NCBI GenBank assembly: GCA_013286935.1
Contig: JABDES010000001.1
Location: forward strand, 2,499 to 66,498
DNA from: Candidatus Babelota bacterium
GTDB lineage: Bacteria > Babelota > Babeliae > Babelales > Vermiphilaceae
Length of the DNA stretch: 64,000 bases
Direction: 5' to 3'
Of the stretch, positions 1 through 10,504 are shown piece after piece. The position numbers and the translations under genes were made by a program. Numbering within the stretch: the first letter of the stretch is position 1; every line of letters begins with the position of its first letter. A model generated the notes under the pieces. The model did not search any database, was not told the DNA's origin, and was given only the letters and a program-made list of their open reading frames with translations.

Positions 1-1155
1 CCAGGCATTATAAATGACGTAGGCGTGTGAAATGGTAACTATTTTTTGTGTAACAATATCCTCTTGTGAGAATGAAAGTAGTTTTTTTGTGTATTCAATT
101 GCTTTATGCAAGAGTTGTTGCTGATCTTCTGTTGGGCGTTTTAGAAATGAACATTCTCCATAGAGTGAACTATATCCGTTGGGAACGCTTGCTCGAGAAA
201 AATTGTGTGGAAATCCAAGTCGATAAAACGGAATTTCCGTTTCTGGAAAATAGATCCAGTGTTTATCGCAAATATCAGGACGATTAAATCCAATATTAAA
301 ATTTATTACGCTATTGCATAGTAGATTCGGCTGAGATTTTTTAAAGTAGGTGGATGATTTGTCTTGTAAAAGGTCTATTAATCTGTCCAGGGGCATGGTG
401 TTAATAAGACGATCATAGCTTTGGGTGCGACCATTAGAAAATCTGATCTGTTTGGTGTTTAAGTTAATAGCGGTGACGGTGTGATTGAATTGTATAGGGT
501 TTATCAGATAGGAGGCAAATTTTTCTACCCAGGAGGCAATTCCGCCCTGTTTTGGATAGAAAAACTGTGCATTATAACCTACTTGTTCATTGCGGTTATC
601 ATTGACGATGCCGTCTATTATGTCAGCAAGTGTTGTTGGAGGTACAAAGCGACCTGTCCAGCTTGCAGTAAGATTGTTAATGTTGTAGGCAAATATTTTT
701 TCCTGATAAGGGAAGAAAAAATGTTTGCCAAAACCTTCTCCAAATTGATGTAAGACCCATTCGCGAAACGTTGATACTGCATGAATGGAATGTTTCCTTT
801 TTACAAAGCCTTCTATACATTCTGCAATAACGTTTGATGGCAGTCCTTTTAGGTTTCCTTGAAATGGGTATGCGGTGTATCTGTTGTGTGTGTAGACAAA
901 CGAGCGCCTTTGTATCTGCTCGAACATCTCAAAGCCGATTATGTTTGTAATGAGCGAACGAAAATAATGATCGTTGATGTGTAGTAGGTGGCCCGTAAAG
1001 TCAAAAGTAAAGCCGTCTTGAAACAAGGAGCGACATAATCCTCCTGGGCTATTTTCTTTTTCAAATAATAGGTAATCATAATAGCCTGCTTTTTCCAGGT
1101 GATAAGCTGCAGATATGCCCGTTAGCCCTGCTCCAAGAATGACTGTTTTGCTCAT
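1..1155 (-). CDS. FAD/NAD(P)-binding oxidoreductase (protoporphyrinogen-oxidase / amine-oxidase-like superfamily); 3' end lies outside the window
   Basis: Absent from the ORF track because it runs off the window edge. Manual reverse-strand translation from ATG (complement of 1153-1155, GGAGG-type RBS upstream) is stop-free to position 1 (385 codons). The N-terminus MSKTVILGAGLTGISAAYHLEKAG...FEKENSPGG is a GxGxxG dinucleotide-binding fold. The exact enzyme cannot be assigned. Confidence 0.75.
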   Translation of the reverse strand, partial: MSKTVILGAGLTGISAAYHLEKAGYYDYLLFEKENSPGGLCRSLFQDGFTFDFTGHLLHINDHYFRSLITNIIGFEMFEQIQRRSFVYTHNRYTAYPFQGNLKGLPSNVIAECIEGFVKRKHSIHAVSTFREWVLHQFGEGFGKHFFFPYQEKIFAYNINNLTASWTGRFVPPTTLADIIDGIVNDNRNEQVGYNAQFFYPKQGGIASWVEKFASYLINPIQFNHTVTAINLNTKQIRFSNGRTQSYDRLINTMPLDRLIDLLQDKSSTYFKKSQPNLLCNSVINFNIGFNRPDICDKHWIYFPETEIPFYRLGFPHNFSRASVPNGYSSLYGECSFLKRPTEDQQQLLHKAIEYTKKLLSFSQEDIVTQKIVTISHAYVIYNAW

Positions 1156-1333
1156 GACCCTCCTGTTTGACCTTTTTATATTGTTACCAGTCTATGTAAA
1201 AACAATGGTGGGTCAAGAGTGATTATTGTCAGGGCAAGCGTGATACATTCCGATATGCTGCAGGGTGTACATAAAAGCGTTTGCGGTAGGTCATTCGGTT
1301 GCCCAAACGGGTAGGCGCACATCAAGAAGCATT

Positions 1334-2083
1334 TTAAGATAGTGCGCAAGCATTATTCGAGCTTCGTTGTCTATTTTTTTTGGCTTCAGCCAAAAGCTCT
1401 CTGATGCGCCTATATTCGTCTTCTGTGCAGCCGGTTATTGCGATTTTCGTAGGCGTGATTCCCCATCTGTTTTCCAGGTTTATATCCGCCCCATTTTCTA
1501 ACAGTAATGTTACTATCGCATCGTTATTTTTACACTTTTTTGCGCACCATAGTGGTGTTTCTCCATTATGGTTAGGTTTATTAACGGATGCTCCCCGCTC
1601 TAGCAATATAGGTATGATGCTTTGGTATGATTGAGTAATTGCGTCACAAAGAATACGTTGCTCACCAGATGGCTGAATCCCGACTTCAAGCAGACAGGTA
1701 AAGATTGGCGCCATTATCGCATCAGACAGTGATTTGTGAGTTTCATTATAACTGGCTATGCGTATGGCGCGATCTAATGCCAGACTGTCATAGGCGCCGT
1801 TTGCCAGTAGGAGTTTCACTATCTCTAGATGGCCGCGGGCGCTTGCAAGAGATAACGGTGTGAATATGTTCCTCCATACATCTTTGCTTTCAGCATTTAC
1901 TGGAGCTCCCAGAGCGATCATTCTTTGAACGCTATACACATTACCCTCTTCTATCGCAGAGAGCAGCCCTGGTAGATGAAATAACGAACGGCTTTGTTCG
2001 TTCGCGCCACAAAGCCGTGAGCTATTAAGCGAGATTGAAAATAAAAACGCTACCAACCACATTGTTTTATTAAGAGATGTCAT
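1334..2083 (-). CDS. Exported ankyrin-repeat protein
   Basis: ORF 1334-2176. The internal ATG at 2083 gives MTSLNKTMWLVAFLFSISLNSS (signal-like). ANK consensus units are present: TPLSLASARGHLEIVKLLLANGA and ETPLWCAKKCKNNDAIVTLLLENGADINLENRWGITP. Confidence 0.8.
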   Translation of the reverse strand: MTSLNKTMWLVAFLFSISLNSSRLCGANEQSRSLFHLPGLLSAIEEGNVYSVQRMIALGAPVNAESKDVWRNIFTPLSLASARGHLEIVKLLLANGAYDSLALDRAIRIASYNETHKSLSDAIMAPIFTCLLEVGIQPSGEQRILCDAITQSYQSIIPILLERGASVNKPNHNGETPLWCAKKCKNNDAIVTLLLENGADINLENRWGITPTKIAITGCTEDEYRRIRELLAEAKKNRQRSSNNACALS

Positions 2084-2365
2084 GCGTATTCCTTTACATA
2101 CATTGTTTGTCGTTGTGTTATATGTGCTAAATGGCATTAGGCTCGTTGTAATTATTTCTATGTGGCATTTATGCATAAAAATACATCATAGTAAAATAGT
2201 TAAAAACGCTTTCTTATGCTTACAATATATGAAATATTGTTTATTTGCAACAGGTCGTCGGGTACGCTAAAAGTCTTGGTTATAAAAAATCCGGCTGAAC
2301 AGACAGAAAGCGCTAACGTGGCGATGCTACCAAATGATGTGCAGTTTTTGGAATTGTTCACCCGT

Positions 2366-3196
2366 TTATTTTTGTTTTAAAAGGCTGGCTGATACTGGAG
2401 CGTGAAAAACGTTGAGTAGATCTTGAATGATCAAAGTGTATTGTGGCAACATAAGTTCATCCGGGATAGAGGGATATGATCCCTGAGTATCGTAAAAAAT
2501 GGCAAGAGCAAACGTATCGAGGTCGGAAAAGCCAGAAGAGCGCATAAGAGCAACGTTGAGAAGTTTTCCGGATTTATCAAGCTGAACCGAAATCTCTATA
2601 GGATCACTTTTTCGAATGAGATTCATCGGCAGTGCATGACGATGAGCTCTAAAGCGAGTTTGCAGTGCCAGTATAATTTTTTGTGCATATCGTCGTAAAA
2701 TAAGTTGAGCAACAGAGGCTTTTCCAGACCGTGCTCCGTGCATTGCTATGCCATCGCTGCTGCTATTAGTTGTTGATGTTTGTTTACCGTTATCTGCATG
2801 ATGTAAAAATTTCTGAACAAATGATTTAAGTGAAATGGGAGATTTTTGTTTAGAGATTCTTTTTTTGTTAATTGTGTGTGTTGGCTTGGTATGAAGATTT
2901 ATGTTGTTATCGACACTTTGTGTCGTCTTTTCAGAGCTATTCGGTTTTGTTTTATGTTCGTTGGTCTCGCTTGCAACGTGAGCCCATGCATCCATTGAAA
3001 GCTGAGCTGGTTGGCTGTGTGTTTGTGTAACGGTTAGATCTTCAGTTGGGGTGTATTCTTGGGTTGGCATGGCTATCCATACCGTAGGCTCAGGTCCTAG
3101 CGTATAAAATAGTATTATGAGCCCTGTAGCATGTAGTAAAAGCGATATAGCGATTGCCAAAATTAGCAACTGTATGTGCGATGATTCTTCGCGCAT
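2366..3196 (-). CDS. TonB/TolA-like membrane protein (N-terminal TM anchor, low-complexity linker, TonB-type C-terminal domain)
   Basis: N-terminal TM segment IQLLILAIAISLLLHATGLIILFY. The C-terminus ISVQLDKSGKLLNVALMRSSGFSDLDTFALAIF resembles the TonB_C pattern (G-x-V-x-x-V-x-V-x-x-SSG-x-x-LD-x-A-A). Confidence 0.55.
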   Translation of the reverse strand: MREESSHIQLLILAIAISLLLHATGLIILFYTLGPEPTVWIAMPTQEYTPTEDLTVTQTHSQPAQLSMDAWAHVASETNEHKTKPNSSEKTTQSVDNNINLHTKPTHTINKKRISKQKSPISLKSFVQKFLHHADNGKQTSTTNSSSDGIAMHGARSGKASVAQLILRRYAQKIILALQTRFRAHRHALPMNLIRKSDPIEISVQLDKSGKLLNVALMRSSGFSDLDTFALAIFYDTQGSYPSIPDELMLPQYTLIIQDLLNVFHAPVSASLLKQK

Positions 3197-3364
3197 GATC
3201 TTCCTAATTTCGGTTCTGGCAACATCTCTTTTTTGGTTTACCGCTATGTTGAGTGGTAGTCTACTAGAAGTACTTCAAGAAAGAAAAAATTTCTGGCTAA
3301 AGCAGCATGTGCTGTGTTATTGTTGTGTTTTGTATAATGTCATCTTAAAAAAAGGAGTGATTGT

Positions 3365-4093
3365 ATGGTTACCTATTTTTTCGCTTATTGTATCATACAG
3401 ATTTTTTTCCCGTTGGGTTTATGTGCGATGGAAAAAGGTGTGAGCTGTTCTGAAGTGGAGCTTAATCCATTTGCAAAAATTCTTATCTGCTTAACAGAAT
3501 GTATCGAGAAAGTTGAAATCTCATACAAGGATCAAATACATAAAGAATGCAATCAATATTATAAAGATTGCATTGCCCAGGGCATAAAGCCGTACGCACG
3601 AGATGAACGTAGGGATCCGCTGCAAAACGTATTAAATCAAAAATTGCTTGACACATACGATGAGAATAATTGGATTGTCTCAACTATTTGTGGTGGTCAT
3701 TTTCGGGCCCTTGAAGAAGCGCTCACATTGGATCCTACTTTGATCGAGCAGGCCTTTAACGATAAAACCCCATTAATGCATGCCGCGGGAATTGGCCATA
3801 CGCAACTGCTTGAATGGTTACTTGGGCATAAAGCCGATGTTGCTAAGGAAAATACATCTGGTCAAACGGTTCTTCATATAGCCTATGACCGTTGTTTTGG
3901 TATGATGGATGCGTTATCTAAATATTCAACCCCACGTTTTTTTATGGGAGACTTTGAAACCTGTGTCGAGGTTTTGAGGTCAAGAGTGTCAATCAGCACA
4001 GACTTAACGACTTTTAAAGATGTCTCTAGGCTTTTTTGGAAGAAGAAAAGAAAAGAAAAAAAGGCTCTTAAAAGAACGGTTGTTGGTTGCTGA
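3365..4093 (+). CDS. Exported ankyrin-repeat protein, paralog of 4175-4900
   Basis: N-terminus MVTYFFAYCIIQIFFPLGLCAME. ANK unit KTPLMHAAGIGHTQLLEWLLGHKADVAKENTSGQTVLHIA. Basic C-terminal tail. Its leader and ANK core match the next gene. Confidence 0.75.
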   Translation: MVTYFFAYCIIQIFFPLGLCAMEKGVSCSEVELNPFAKILICLTECIEKVEISYKDQIHKECNQYYKDCIAQGIKPYARDERRDPLQNVLNQKLLDTYDENNWIVSTICGGHFRALEEALTLDPTLIEQAFNDKTPLMHAAGIGHTQLLEWLLGHKADVAKENTSGQTVLHIAYDRCFGMMDALSKYSTPRFFMGDFETCVEVLRSRVSISTDLTTFKDVSRLFWKKKRKEKKALKRTVVGC

Positions 4094-4174
4094 GCTTTGT
4101 AAATGTAACCAATTACCACAGTGTATATCATGTCATGTGTTGTTTATACTATTACGTGAGGGTGGAATTTTTTC

Positions 4175-4900
4175 ATGATTAACTATTTTACTGTTTGTTT
4201 TATTATGCATATTTTTTTTCCGTTGAGTTTATATGCGATGGAAGAAGATGATGGGTTACTACATTTGTTGGGTCGCTTGGGAGTGAGTGAGGGCTGTTCT
4301 CAAGCAGAGGTTAAAACGTTTTCAGATACTATTACCAGTTTGGTGAGAGATATTGAAGCAATTGAATTGATGACTAACAAAGTATTGTTGAATGCTAACA
4401 AAGAACGTACGGAGTTTCCTGTTGAGGATAGATTAACTGTTTTGTTAAGCGAAGAATCTCAGGTTATATCAACGATTTATGATGAATATATTCAGGTTCT
4501 TAGGGGACTGAGTAGCTCACATCCTGGTCTTATAAGACAAGAGCATAATGGTATTACGCCCTTAACGTATGCTGCAAATATAGGCTTTTCAGAATTGCTT
4601 GAATGGTTACTTGTCAATGGCGCAGACTCTTATAATAAAGATCAGAAAGGCTTGACTGCTATGGATGTTGCTTATGAGAATTATTTGTGCGTTAAGAAAA
4701 ACAGTCCTGGTTATCTTTCAAGCACACGGTATTTGGGCAATTTTGAACAGTGTGTGATTGTTTTAATAAAGCATATGGATGTTAGTTTTGTTTTACGGCT
4801 TTTTAGTGATGTTACGGATAGGGTCTATATGAAAAGACGGTCTCGATTGTTAAAGATCGTGACGGATATGTCGACTAGCGTCCCTTACATCGACGACTAA
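4175..4900 (+). CDS. Exported ankyrin-repeat protein, paralog of 3365-4093
   Basis: N-terminus MINYFTVCFIMHIFFPLSLYAME. ANK unit ITPLTYAANIGFSELLEWLLVNGADSYNKDQKGLTAMDVA. Confidence 0.75.
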   Translation: MINYFTVCFIMHIFFPLSLYAMEEDDGLLHLLGRLGVSEGCSQAEVKTFSDTITSLVRDIEAIELMTNKVLLNANKERTEFPVEDRLTVLLSEESQVISTIYDEYIQVLRGLSSSHPGLIRQEHNGITPLTYAANIGFSELLEWLLVNGADSYNKDQKGLTAMDVAYENYLCVKKNSPGYLSSTRYLGNFEQCVIVLIKHMDVSFVLRLFSDVTDRVYMKRRSRLLKIVTDMSTSVPYIDD

Positions 4901-5937
4901 CATGATATTCTTTTGTGGATAGCCACGAGCCCGTTTAGCTTTGAGAGTAGCCAGTCGTCAGATAGTTGATGAGATCTGCTTTTATTACATTGTAAAAAAT
5001 GTAAAATCTCCTGTAAAAAGCGATTTGATGGATTGAATTGCGCCTTGTTTGCAATAAGATAGTTGATTAAAATGCAATGTTGCAGATTAATTGGCTGGTC
5101 TAGAAGCGTTGAGATTGGTAGCCATGCTTGGTTGTCGATTACAACGCTTTTTTGATTTAAAAAGCGCTTTGCAACCGCAGTTATAGCTTCATCACCTTCT
5201 TGTAGTCGAGTGATAGTTTTTAAAAAATTTGTATCAAATCGGTTGTCGCACGATCTTAGGGCGGGTATGACATATTTGCGTAGGCGGTTGCGCAGAAAGC
5301 TGTCTGAATCGTTTGTTTTGTCGTGAATGAATTTTATATTATTCCTTACAAGATATTCTACGATATCGGCTTTGTGCAGTTCGAGTAGTGGGCGAATTAC
5401 ATGGCCTGAGCGAGCTTTCATGACCGTAAGCCCGGTCAAGGAACTTCCGCGAATTAATCGTATAAAAAAAGTTTCTTGTTGGTCCTGTAGATGGTGTCCT
5501 AATGCTACGGCGTCTGCATTAAACTTTTGATATAGGCTGTCGAAAAATAGTTTACGTGCAATCCGCCCCATATTTTCAAGAGATCCATTTTTATGGGTAA
5601 GCGTGTGTGGTAGCTCTGATAATTTTTGCGTGATAATTTTTATGCCCATCCGATTAGCGGCATCGATACAAAATTGTGCAGTTTTGTCAGAATCGAGCTG
5701 CCATTCATGGTCAAGATGCGCTGCAATTAGAGCTATCAGTCCATTTTGTGCAAGTCTGGCTAAAAAAATGAGTAAAAATAATGAATCAGGACCACCTGAA
5801 AAGCCGCATATAATTGTTGATTTTGCTTTTATCAGACAATGTTGGTCTATAAATCGTTGTGTTTTTGAAAATAATAGATTGGACTCACTGTCTTGATGGT
5901 GAGTCTGTTTGTTAATTGGCTTATACATGGCATTCAA
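4897..5937 (-). CDS. tilS: tRNA(Ile)-lysidine synthase
   Basis: PP-loop motif ICGFSGGPDSLFLL, followed by HLDH and GHHLDDQ-like (GHHLQDQQETF) motifs at the positions typical of TilS. Confidence 0.9.
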   Translation of the reverse strand: MNAMYKPINKQTHHQDSESNLLFSKTQRFIDQHCLIKAKSTIICGFSGGPDSLFLLIFLARLAQNGLIALIAAHLDHEWQLDSDKTAQFCIDAANRMGIKIITQKLSELPHTLTHKNGSLENMGRIARKLFFDSLYQKFNADAVALGHHLQDQQETFFIRLIRGSSLTGLTVMKARSGHVIRPLLELHKADIVEYLVRNNIKFIHDKTNDSDSFLRNRLRKYVIPALRSCDNRFDTNFLKTITRLQEGDEAITAVAKRFLNQKSVVIDNQAWLPISTLLDQPINLQHCILINYLIANKAQFNPSNRFLQEILHFLQCNKSRSHQLSDDWLLSKLNGLVAIHKRISC

Positions 5938-5979
5938 TCACCATTATGACCTGTGTGTTTGAGCGGAAATAGTGTGGGT

Positions 5980-6696
5980 TTATCTTGCTTGCTGGTTTGA
6001 TTGAGCATCTTCAGGGTCGTAGGTAGGCTTTGGCGCGCAGCAATAGAGTCTTTTGTATATTTTTACGCCGAAGTATGCGCAGATTGCAACTGCCCAAAAA
6101 TAGCCATTGGAACATAGTCGTATGAAAGGTGTTGAGTTATCTTCCGGGTTGCTTTGTTCTGATTGATCTGCTTGAAGCAGCGGTGTGCTGGTTAGTGGTG
6201 GTTCGGGTGCTTGGCTAGGTTCATTATCAATGTTGTTTTGTTTCGGTTGTTCTGGTTGCAGCAGCGATGTGCTGATTAGCGGTGATTGGGGTGATTGGTT
6301 TTTACTAGGTTCGTCAATATTTTGTTCATGCTTAGGGTCGCTTTGTTGCTCTGGGCCTTTTTTTTTCTCTCTGATTTCATTTAAGCAATCCTTAAATGGT
6401 TTATTGACACCTTTCATGCAATAAGCTTTCATCAATGTATAGACTTCGGTTTGTTCTGCAATCGTCGCATCTGAACCGGCAGGAACTTGTTCGTTCCTCT
6501 TATTTAGTGGAGACCTTTGAGTATCAAGATTTGTTTGCGAGGGTGAGAGTTCAGGCATTTCAAGCGTTTGAATATTAAGTTCATCGATATATGTATCATC
6601 ATCCTGTATACCAATACCATCATCCTGATCACTCGCCAAGCAGGAACTAGAGACTACAAGGCCTAGCAGTAGTAAAAGATCTTTATATGAACTCAT
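5980..6696 (-). CDS. Signal-peptide / C-terminal-TM protein with acidic, P/Q-rich duplicated low-complexity region
   Basis: The internal ATG at 6696 gives MSSYKDLLLLLGLVVSSSCLA. Duplicated segment SPLISTSLLQPEQPKQNN / PPLTSTPLLQADQSEQSN. C-terminal TM FWAVAICAYFGVKIYKRLYCC. Same architecture as the four genes at 9361-11172. Confidence 0.65.
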   Translation of the reverse strand: MSSYKDLLLLLGLVVSSSCLASDQDDGIGIQDDDTYIDELNIQTLEMPELSPSQTNLDTQRSPLNKRNEQVPAGSDATIAEQTEVYTLMKAYCMKGVNKPFKDCLNEIREKKKGPEQQSDPKHEQNIDEPSKNQSPQSPLISTSLLQPEQPKQNNIDNEPSQAPEPPLTSTPLLQADQSEQSNPEDNSTPFIRLCSNGYFWAVAICAYFGVKIYKRLYCCAPKPTYDPEDAQSNQQAR

Positions 6697-6797
6697 TGTC
6701 AATGCTCCTTTCAAGCGCGTTGGCATTATCAAGATGTTGTAAATATGCTTAATACACTATTGATAGTAGCATTTTATAGCATAACTGTCAAATTTGT

Positions 6798-9239
6798 TCA
6801 AATATCTAAGTTTTTTGCAAACTGTCCGTACTTTTCGATATATTCTTTGCGCCCACTGACGTCATCTCCCATTAATGAGGTAAACCAACGGTCAGCCTCC
6901 AGGGCATCCTCTATGTTTACTTTAAGCAACGAACGAACAGCAGGGTCCATTGCGGTTTCCCATAGCTGATCAGCATTCATTTCTCCCAAGCCTTTATAAC
7001 GTTGGATATTCAAGTATGGCTTACTTATAGCACTTATGGCGCGTACCAGCTCTATAATGGAGTGTCCAGCAATTGAGCGTTCTTTTTCTTTGATAAAAAG
7101 TGCCCATTGCTCTTCTTCTAGACGTATAATTGGTAAAATTAGAGTTGATACCAATCGTTTTACTTCCGCAGCCTCAAAAAAGGAATAAGGCACGCTCCAT
7201 TGCGTGTTTAGCAATGAAAAAGCAAAATACTCTTGTATGGCATCTTCAGCTTCAATTGCCTCTTGATTGACAGCGGTAGGAGCGGGCTCTTTAATGTGGA
7301 TGGTATATTCGGGGAACTCAGCTTTAAGTGCGGACAAAATGAATTCTTTTGACGCCCCAGGCTGCCACCCAGACTTGTACAACGCCACAATGAGGTGATC
7401 ACATCGTTCAGATGAAATATAGAATCTTGTTCCAATAACTGCTAAAAGCTCTTCATACTCTGCCAATGCATTTATAAGTGTGAGGCACTCTTCTGTTGTG
7501 CATTTTGTACCATCAAATGATAGTTCTGTCTGTTCACGTGCCCAATCAAATAGAAACGATTTGAACGCCTTATCATCCTTTAAATATTGTTCTTTTTTGC
7601 CGATTTTTGCTTTGTAAAGTGGCGGTTGAGCGATATACAAATATCCTGCCTCAATCAGTGGTGTCATATAGCGGAAAAAGAATGTGAGTAGCAAGGTGCG
7701 TATGTGTGAGCCATCTACGTCGGCATCTGTCATGAGGATAATTTTATGATATCGAGCTTTGGTTACGTCAAACTCAGTACCGATGCCACATCCGATTGCA
7801 GTGATGAGGGCTCGGATTTCTTCGTTGGACAAAATTTTATCAAATCGCGCCTTTTCTACGTTCAAAATTTTACCTTTGAGTGGTAAAATGGCCTGAATAA
7901 GGCGATCACGTCCTATTTTTGCAGATCCTCCTGCAGAATCACCTTCAACGATAAAAAGTTCCGTTTTGGCGGGCTCTTCACTGTTGCAATCAGCCAGCTT
8001 GCCTGGCAAGAGCGTAGATTCAAGAACGGTTTTTCTGCGCGTGAGATCTCGAGCTTTTTTTGCTGCTTCTCGAGCATGCTTTGCAAGTTCAGCTTTTTGC
8101 AAAATTTTACGGGCTATCGTTGGATTTTCTTCAAAAAATGTTTCTAGATTTGCAAAGCACCAGGAATCAACTATCCCCTTTATTTCGCTATTGCCAAGTT
8201 TTGTTTTTGTTTGTCCTTCAAATTGTGGCTCAGGTACTTTGATACTGATGACACCTACCAATCCTTCGCGAACATCCTCGCTTGAAAATCCTTCAGCGCC
8301 GCTTTTTATTAGATTGAATTCGGAAGCTTTTTTATTGCATATTTTAGTAAGCGCCGAACGAAAACCGGACACATGTGTTCCGCCTTCGACCGTATTGATA
8401 TTGTTTACAAAGGAAAAAAGTTGCTCTCCGTATCCGTCATTGTATTGCAGGGCAATATCAAGCAGCAGGCTTTCCGACTCGGATTCGAAATGAATTACCT
8501 CTGTAAACAGCGGATTCTTTTTTTTGTTGATAAATTCAACAAATGAAACGATGCCGCCTTCAAAATAAAATTCATGGAAGCGGTCGGTTCGTTCATCAGA
8601 GATTGATATTTTTAGCTTTTTATTTAAAAAAGCTAGCTCTCTCAGGCGGGCGGATAAAAGTTCAAAGCTAAACTCAGTTGTTTCTGTAAAAATAGTGGAA
8701 TCTGGCATAAATTGGATGAGGGTGCCGCGTTTTTCCGTATCCCCGGTGACATGAAGTGAATCTTTTGCGATTCCGCATTCAAAATATTGCTCATGAACTT
8801 TATGATGTTGAAAGACGGTTAACTTCAACCAAGATGATAATGCATTAACAACGGAGATTCCGACTCCGTGTAATCCGCCTGAAAATTTGTATGATTCTTT
8901 GTCAAATTTTCCTCCTGCGTGAAGTTTTGTAAGAACTACTTCCGCTGCAGACACACCTTCAGATGGATGAATGTCTGTTGGGATTCCTCGACCATTATCC
9001 TCAACAGAACAGGACCCATCAGTATGCAAAATAACTTTAACGTTGTCGCAATGTCCACCAAGGGCTTCGTCGACTGAATTGTCGACTACTTCATATACCA
9101 AATGGTGCAGCCCCTGCGGCCCTGTTGATCCGATGTACATGGCCGGTCTTTTACGGACAGCAGAAAGTCCTTCCATTACTCTGATTGATTGGGCGGAATA
9201 TTCGTTTGTTTTTTTTCCGGGATTATTATCATTTGCCAT
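6798..9239 (-). CDS. gyrB: DNA gyrase subunit B
   Basis: 813 aa. GHKL ATPase motifs ([22 protein letters not shown]), Toprim motifs [12 protein letters not shown] and [11 protein letters not shown]-terminal GLGEMN. Confidence 0.97.
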   Translation of the reverse strand: MANDNNPGKKTNEYSAQSIRVMEGLSAVRKRPAMYIGSTGPQGLHHLVYEVVDNSVDEALGGHCDNVKVILHTDGSCSVEDNGRGIPTDIHPSEGVSAAEVVLTKLHAGGKFDKESYKFSGGLHGVGISVVNALSSWLKLTVFQHHKVHEQYFECGIAKDSLHVTGDTEKRGTLIQFMPDSTIFTETTEFSFELLSARLRELAFLNKKLKISISDERTDRFHEFYFEGGIVSFVEFINKKKNPLFTEVIHFESESESLLLDIALQYNDGYGEQLFSFVNNINTVEGGTHVSGFRSALTKICNKKASEFNLIKSGAEGFSSEDVREGLVGVISIKVPEPQFEGQTKTKLGNSEIKGIVDSWCFANLETFFEENPTIARKILQKAELAKHAREAAKKARDLTRRKTVLESTLLPGKLADCNSEEPAKTELFIVEGDSAGGSAKIGRDRLIQAILPLKGKILNVEKARFDKILSNEEIRALITAIGCGIGTEFDVTKARYHKIILMTDADVDGSHIRTLLLTFFFRYMTPLIEAGYLYIAQPPLYKAKIGKKEQYLKDDKAFKSFLFDWAREQTELSFDGTKCTTEECLTLINALAEYEELLAVIGTRFYISSERCDHLIVALYKSGWQPGASKEFILSALKAEFPEYTIHIKEPAPTAVNQEAIEAEDAIQEYFAFSLLNTQWSVPYSFFEAAEVKRLVSTLILPIIRLEEEQWALFIKEKERSIAGHSIIELVRAISAISKPYLNIQRYKGLGEMNADQLWETAMDPAVRSLLKVNIEDALEADRWFTSLMGDDVSGRKEYIEKYGQFAKNLDI

Positions 9240-9360
9240 GGCGGCGATTCCCTAACTGTTTTTATATTTTGTGGCAAAACTAGGCGACACTAAGCAATGT
9301 ATTCACAGGAAAAGGATAGAGTATTTGCCAGAAAATGCAATATGAGCACGCCTGGGTCCT

Positions 9361-9810
9361 TTAGTTGATTTCTTCTGTTTCTTCTTCCTTTTTTGATACT
9401 TTGTAATACAAGTAGGCAGATGCAGTTATGATTAACATTGCGCCAACGACATAAACCGCAGCATAAGAGCTTTGATCGGTTGATTGTTTGCCATCTACTG
9501 CAGGTGACGGTGCCCGTTGTGAGGTGTTGCTGACCGCTGGTGTGTGATTAGGGCGCTGTTCTTCATAACATTTTGGATCCATATCGATGTTGTATTTTTT
9601 CAGCTTGAAATACCTAGCTGACTCAACGTCTGCTTCGGATATCTTTGTTGTTTTCTGAAGCGTGGTATCCCAATGGTACCATGCTTCATTATTTTTATAT
9701 AAGCATGTTTCATCAGTACCATTCGGTAATATTGAAATTTCGTCCATGGATAAAGCGTTTGTTGTAATAAGCATTGTTATGAAAACGATGCTGGATAATA
9801 GTTTCTTCAT
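9361..9810 (-). CDS. Small signal-peptide / C-terminal-TM protein (operon member 4)
   Basis: Leader MKKLLSSIVFITMLITTNALS. C-terminal TM VYVVGAMLIITASAYLYYKVSKK. Its start overlaps the upstream stop by 4 nt (ATGA). Confidence 0.65.
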   Translation of the reverse strand: MKKLLSSIVFITMLITTNALSMDEISILPNGTDETCLYKNNEAWYHWDTTLQKTTKISEADVESARYFKLKKYNIDMDPKCYEEQRPNHTPAVSNTSQRAPSPAVDGKQSTDQSSYAAVYVVGAMLIITASAYLYYKVSKKEEETEEIN

Positions 9811-10184
9811 AGTATGTTTTCCTTCATTGATGTTTTAGGGTTGTTTGTCTGTTCTGATTGTGTTTTTGATTGTAGAAATTTGTACATCTTTACGCCTAAA
9901 TAAACCGCTAACGATGCAACGATAATTGCGCAACTAGGCGCAATGACATCTTTGGCAAAATCAGGTGCCCTGACGTAGGGGTCCAGTGGTGTTGCTGATG
10001 GGAGAGGTGGGGTTTTTTGGCCTGGATAAATCTTCCATACAAACCCATTGCGGATTATAGGTTCGACTGGGTTCAGGTCAACGACTTCCCACTTTTTGGC
10101 TTGCACAGGCTCTGTTGACATGCCACTTGTGTCAATTGAAACTAGACTAATGATTAAGATGACCGTGTATCTTAAGTTTTTCAT
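9807..10184 (-). CDS. Small signal-peptide / C-terminal-TM protein (operon member 3)
   Basis: Leader MKNLRYTVILIISLVSIDTSG. C-terminal TM SCAIIVASLAVYLGVKMYKFLQSK. 4-nt overlaps at both ends. Confidence 0.65.
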   Translation of the reverse strand: MKNLRYTVILIISLVSIDTSGMSTEPVQAKKWEVVDLNPVEPIIRNGFVWKIYPGQKTPPLPSATPLDPYVRAPDFAKDVIAPSCAIIVASLAVYLGVKMYKFLQSKTQSEQTNNPKTSMKENIL

Positions 10185-10504
10185 GTTGGATCCTGCGGTT
10201 TATTGCGCATACTAGCTTTTTGTTTTCCAGAATAGAGTTGATATGCTTTGTAAGTGATGGCTAGTCCTATGATTATGCTTCCAATCAGACTGATGACAAT
10301 AACCTGTTCTTTATATTCCCATAGAGATGACGTTTCAGTTTTCGACCCTAAAGGTGGCTTTTCAGGTTTTGACCTTGGCGGCTCAAGGCTTTCAAATGCT
10401 TTTTGAATGCCTTGATTGTTACGGATTCTTTCCTGCATGCATACAGAATCGGTTGCAGTGGCTAAGAAAATTAAGATTGTGCTTAATAATAATAGCTTTT
10501 TCAT
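10181..10504 (-). CDS. Small signal-peptide / C-terminal-TM protein (operon member 2)
   Basis: Leader MKKLLLLSTILIFLATATDSVC. C-terminal TM VIVISLIGSIIIGLAITYKAYQLY. 4-nt overlaps at both ends. Confidence 0.65.
   Translation of the reverse strand: MKKLLLLSTILIFLATATDSVCMQERIRNNQGIQKAFESLEPPRSKPEKPPLGSKTETSSLWEYKEQVIVISLIGSIIIGLAITYKAYQLYSGKQKASMRNKPQDPT

Noticed and set aside
66-753. ORFs 66-287 and 481-753 on the + strand
   Set aside because: They are antisense to the stop-free 385-codon FAD-oxidoreductase frame (1-1155, minus strand), which has a clear Rossmann motif.
3117-3443. 108-aa + strand ORF spanning the TonB-like gene start and the first ankyrin gene start
   Set aside because: It overlaps two better-supported genes, has no RBS, and is a hydrophobic antisense-type translation.
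7966-8493. 175-aa + strand ORF (and smaller ones at 8060-8242, 8971-9255, 7208-7435)
   Set aside because: They lie entirely within or antisense to gyrB, which is unambiguous. Their composition is low-complexity S/L/R-rich, typical of antisense frames.
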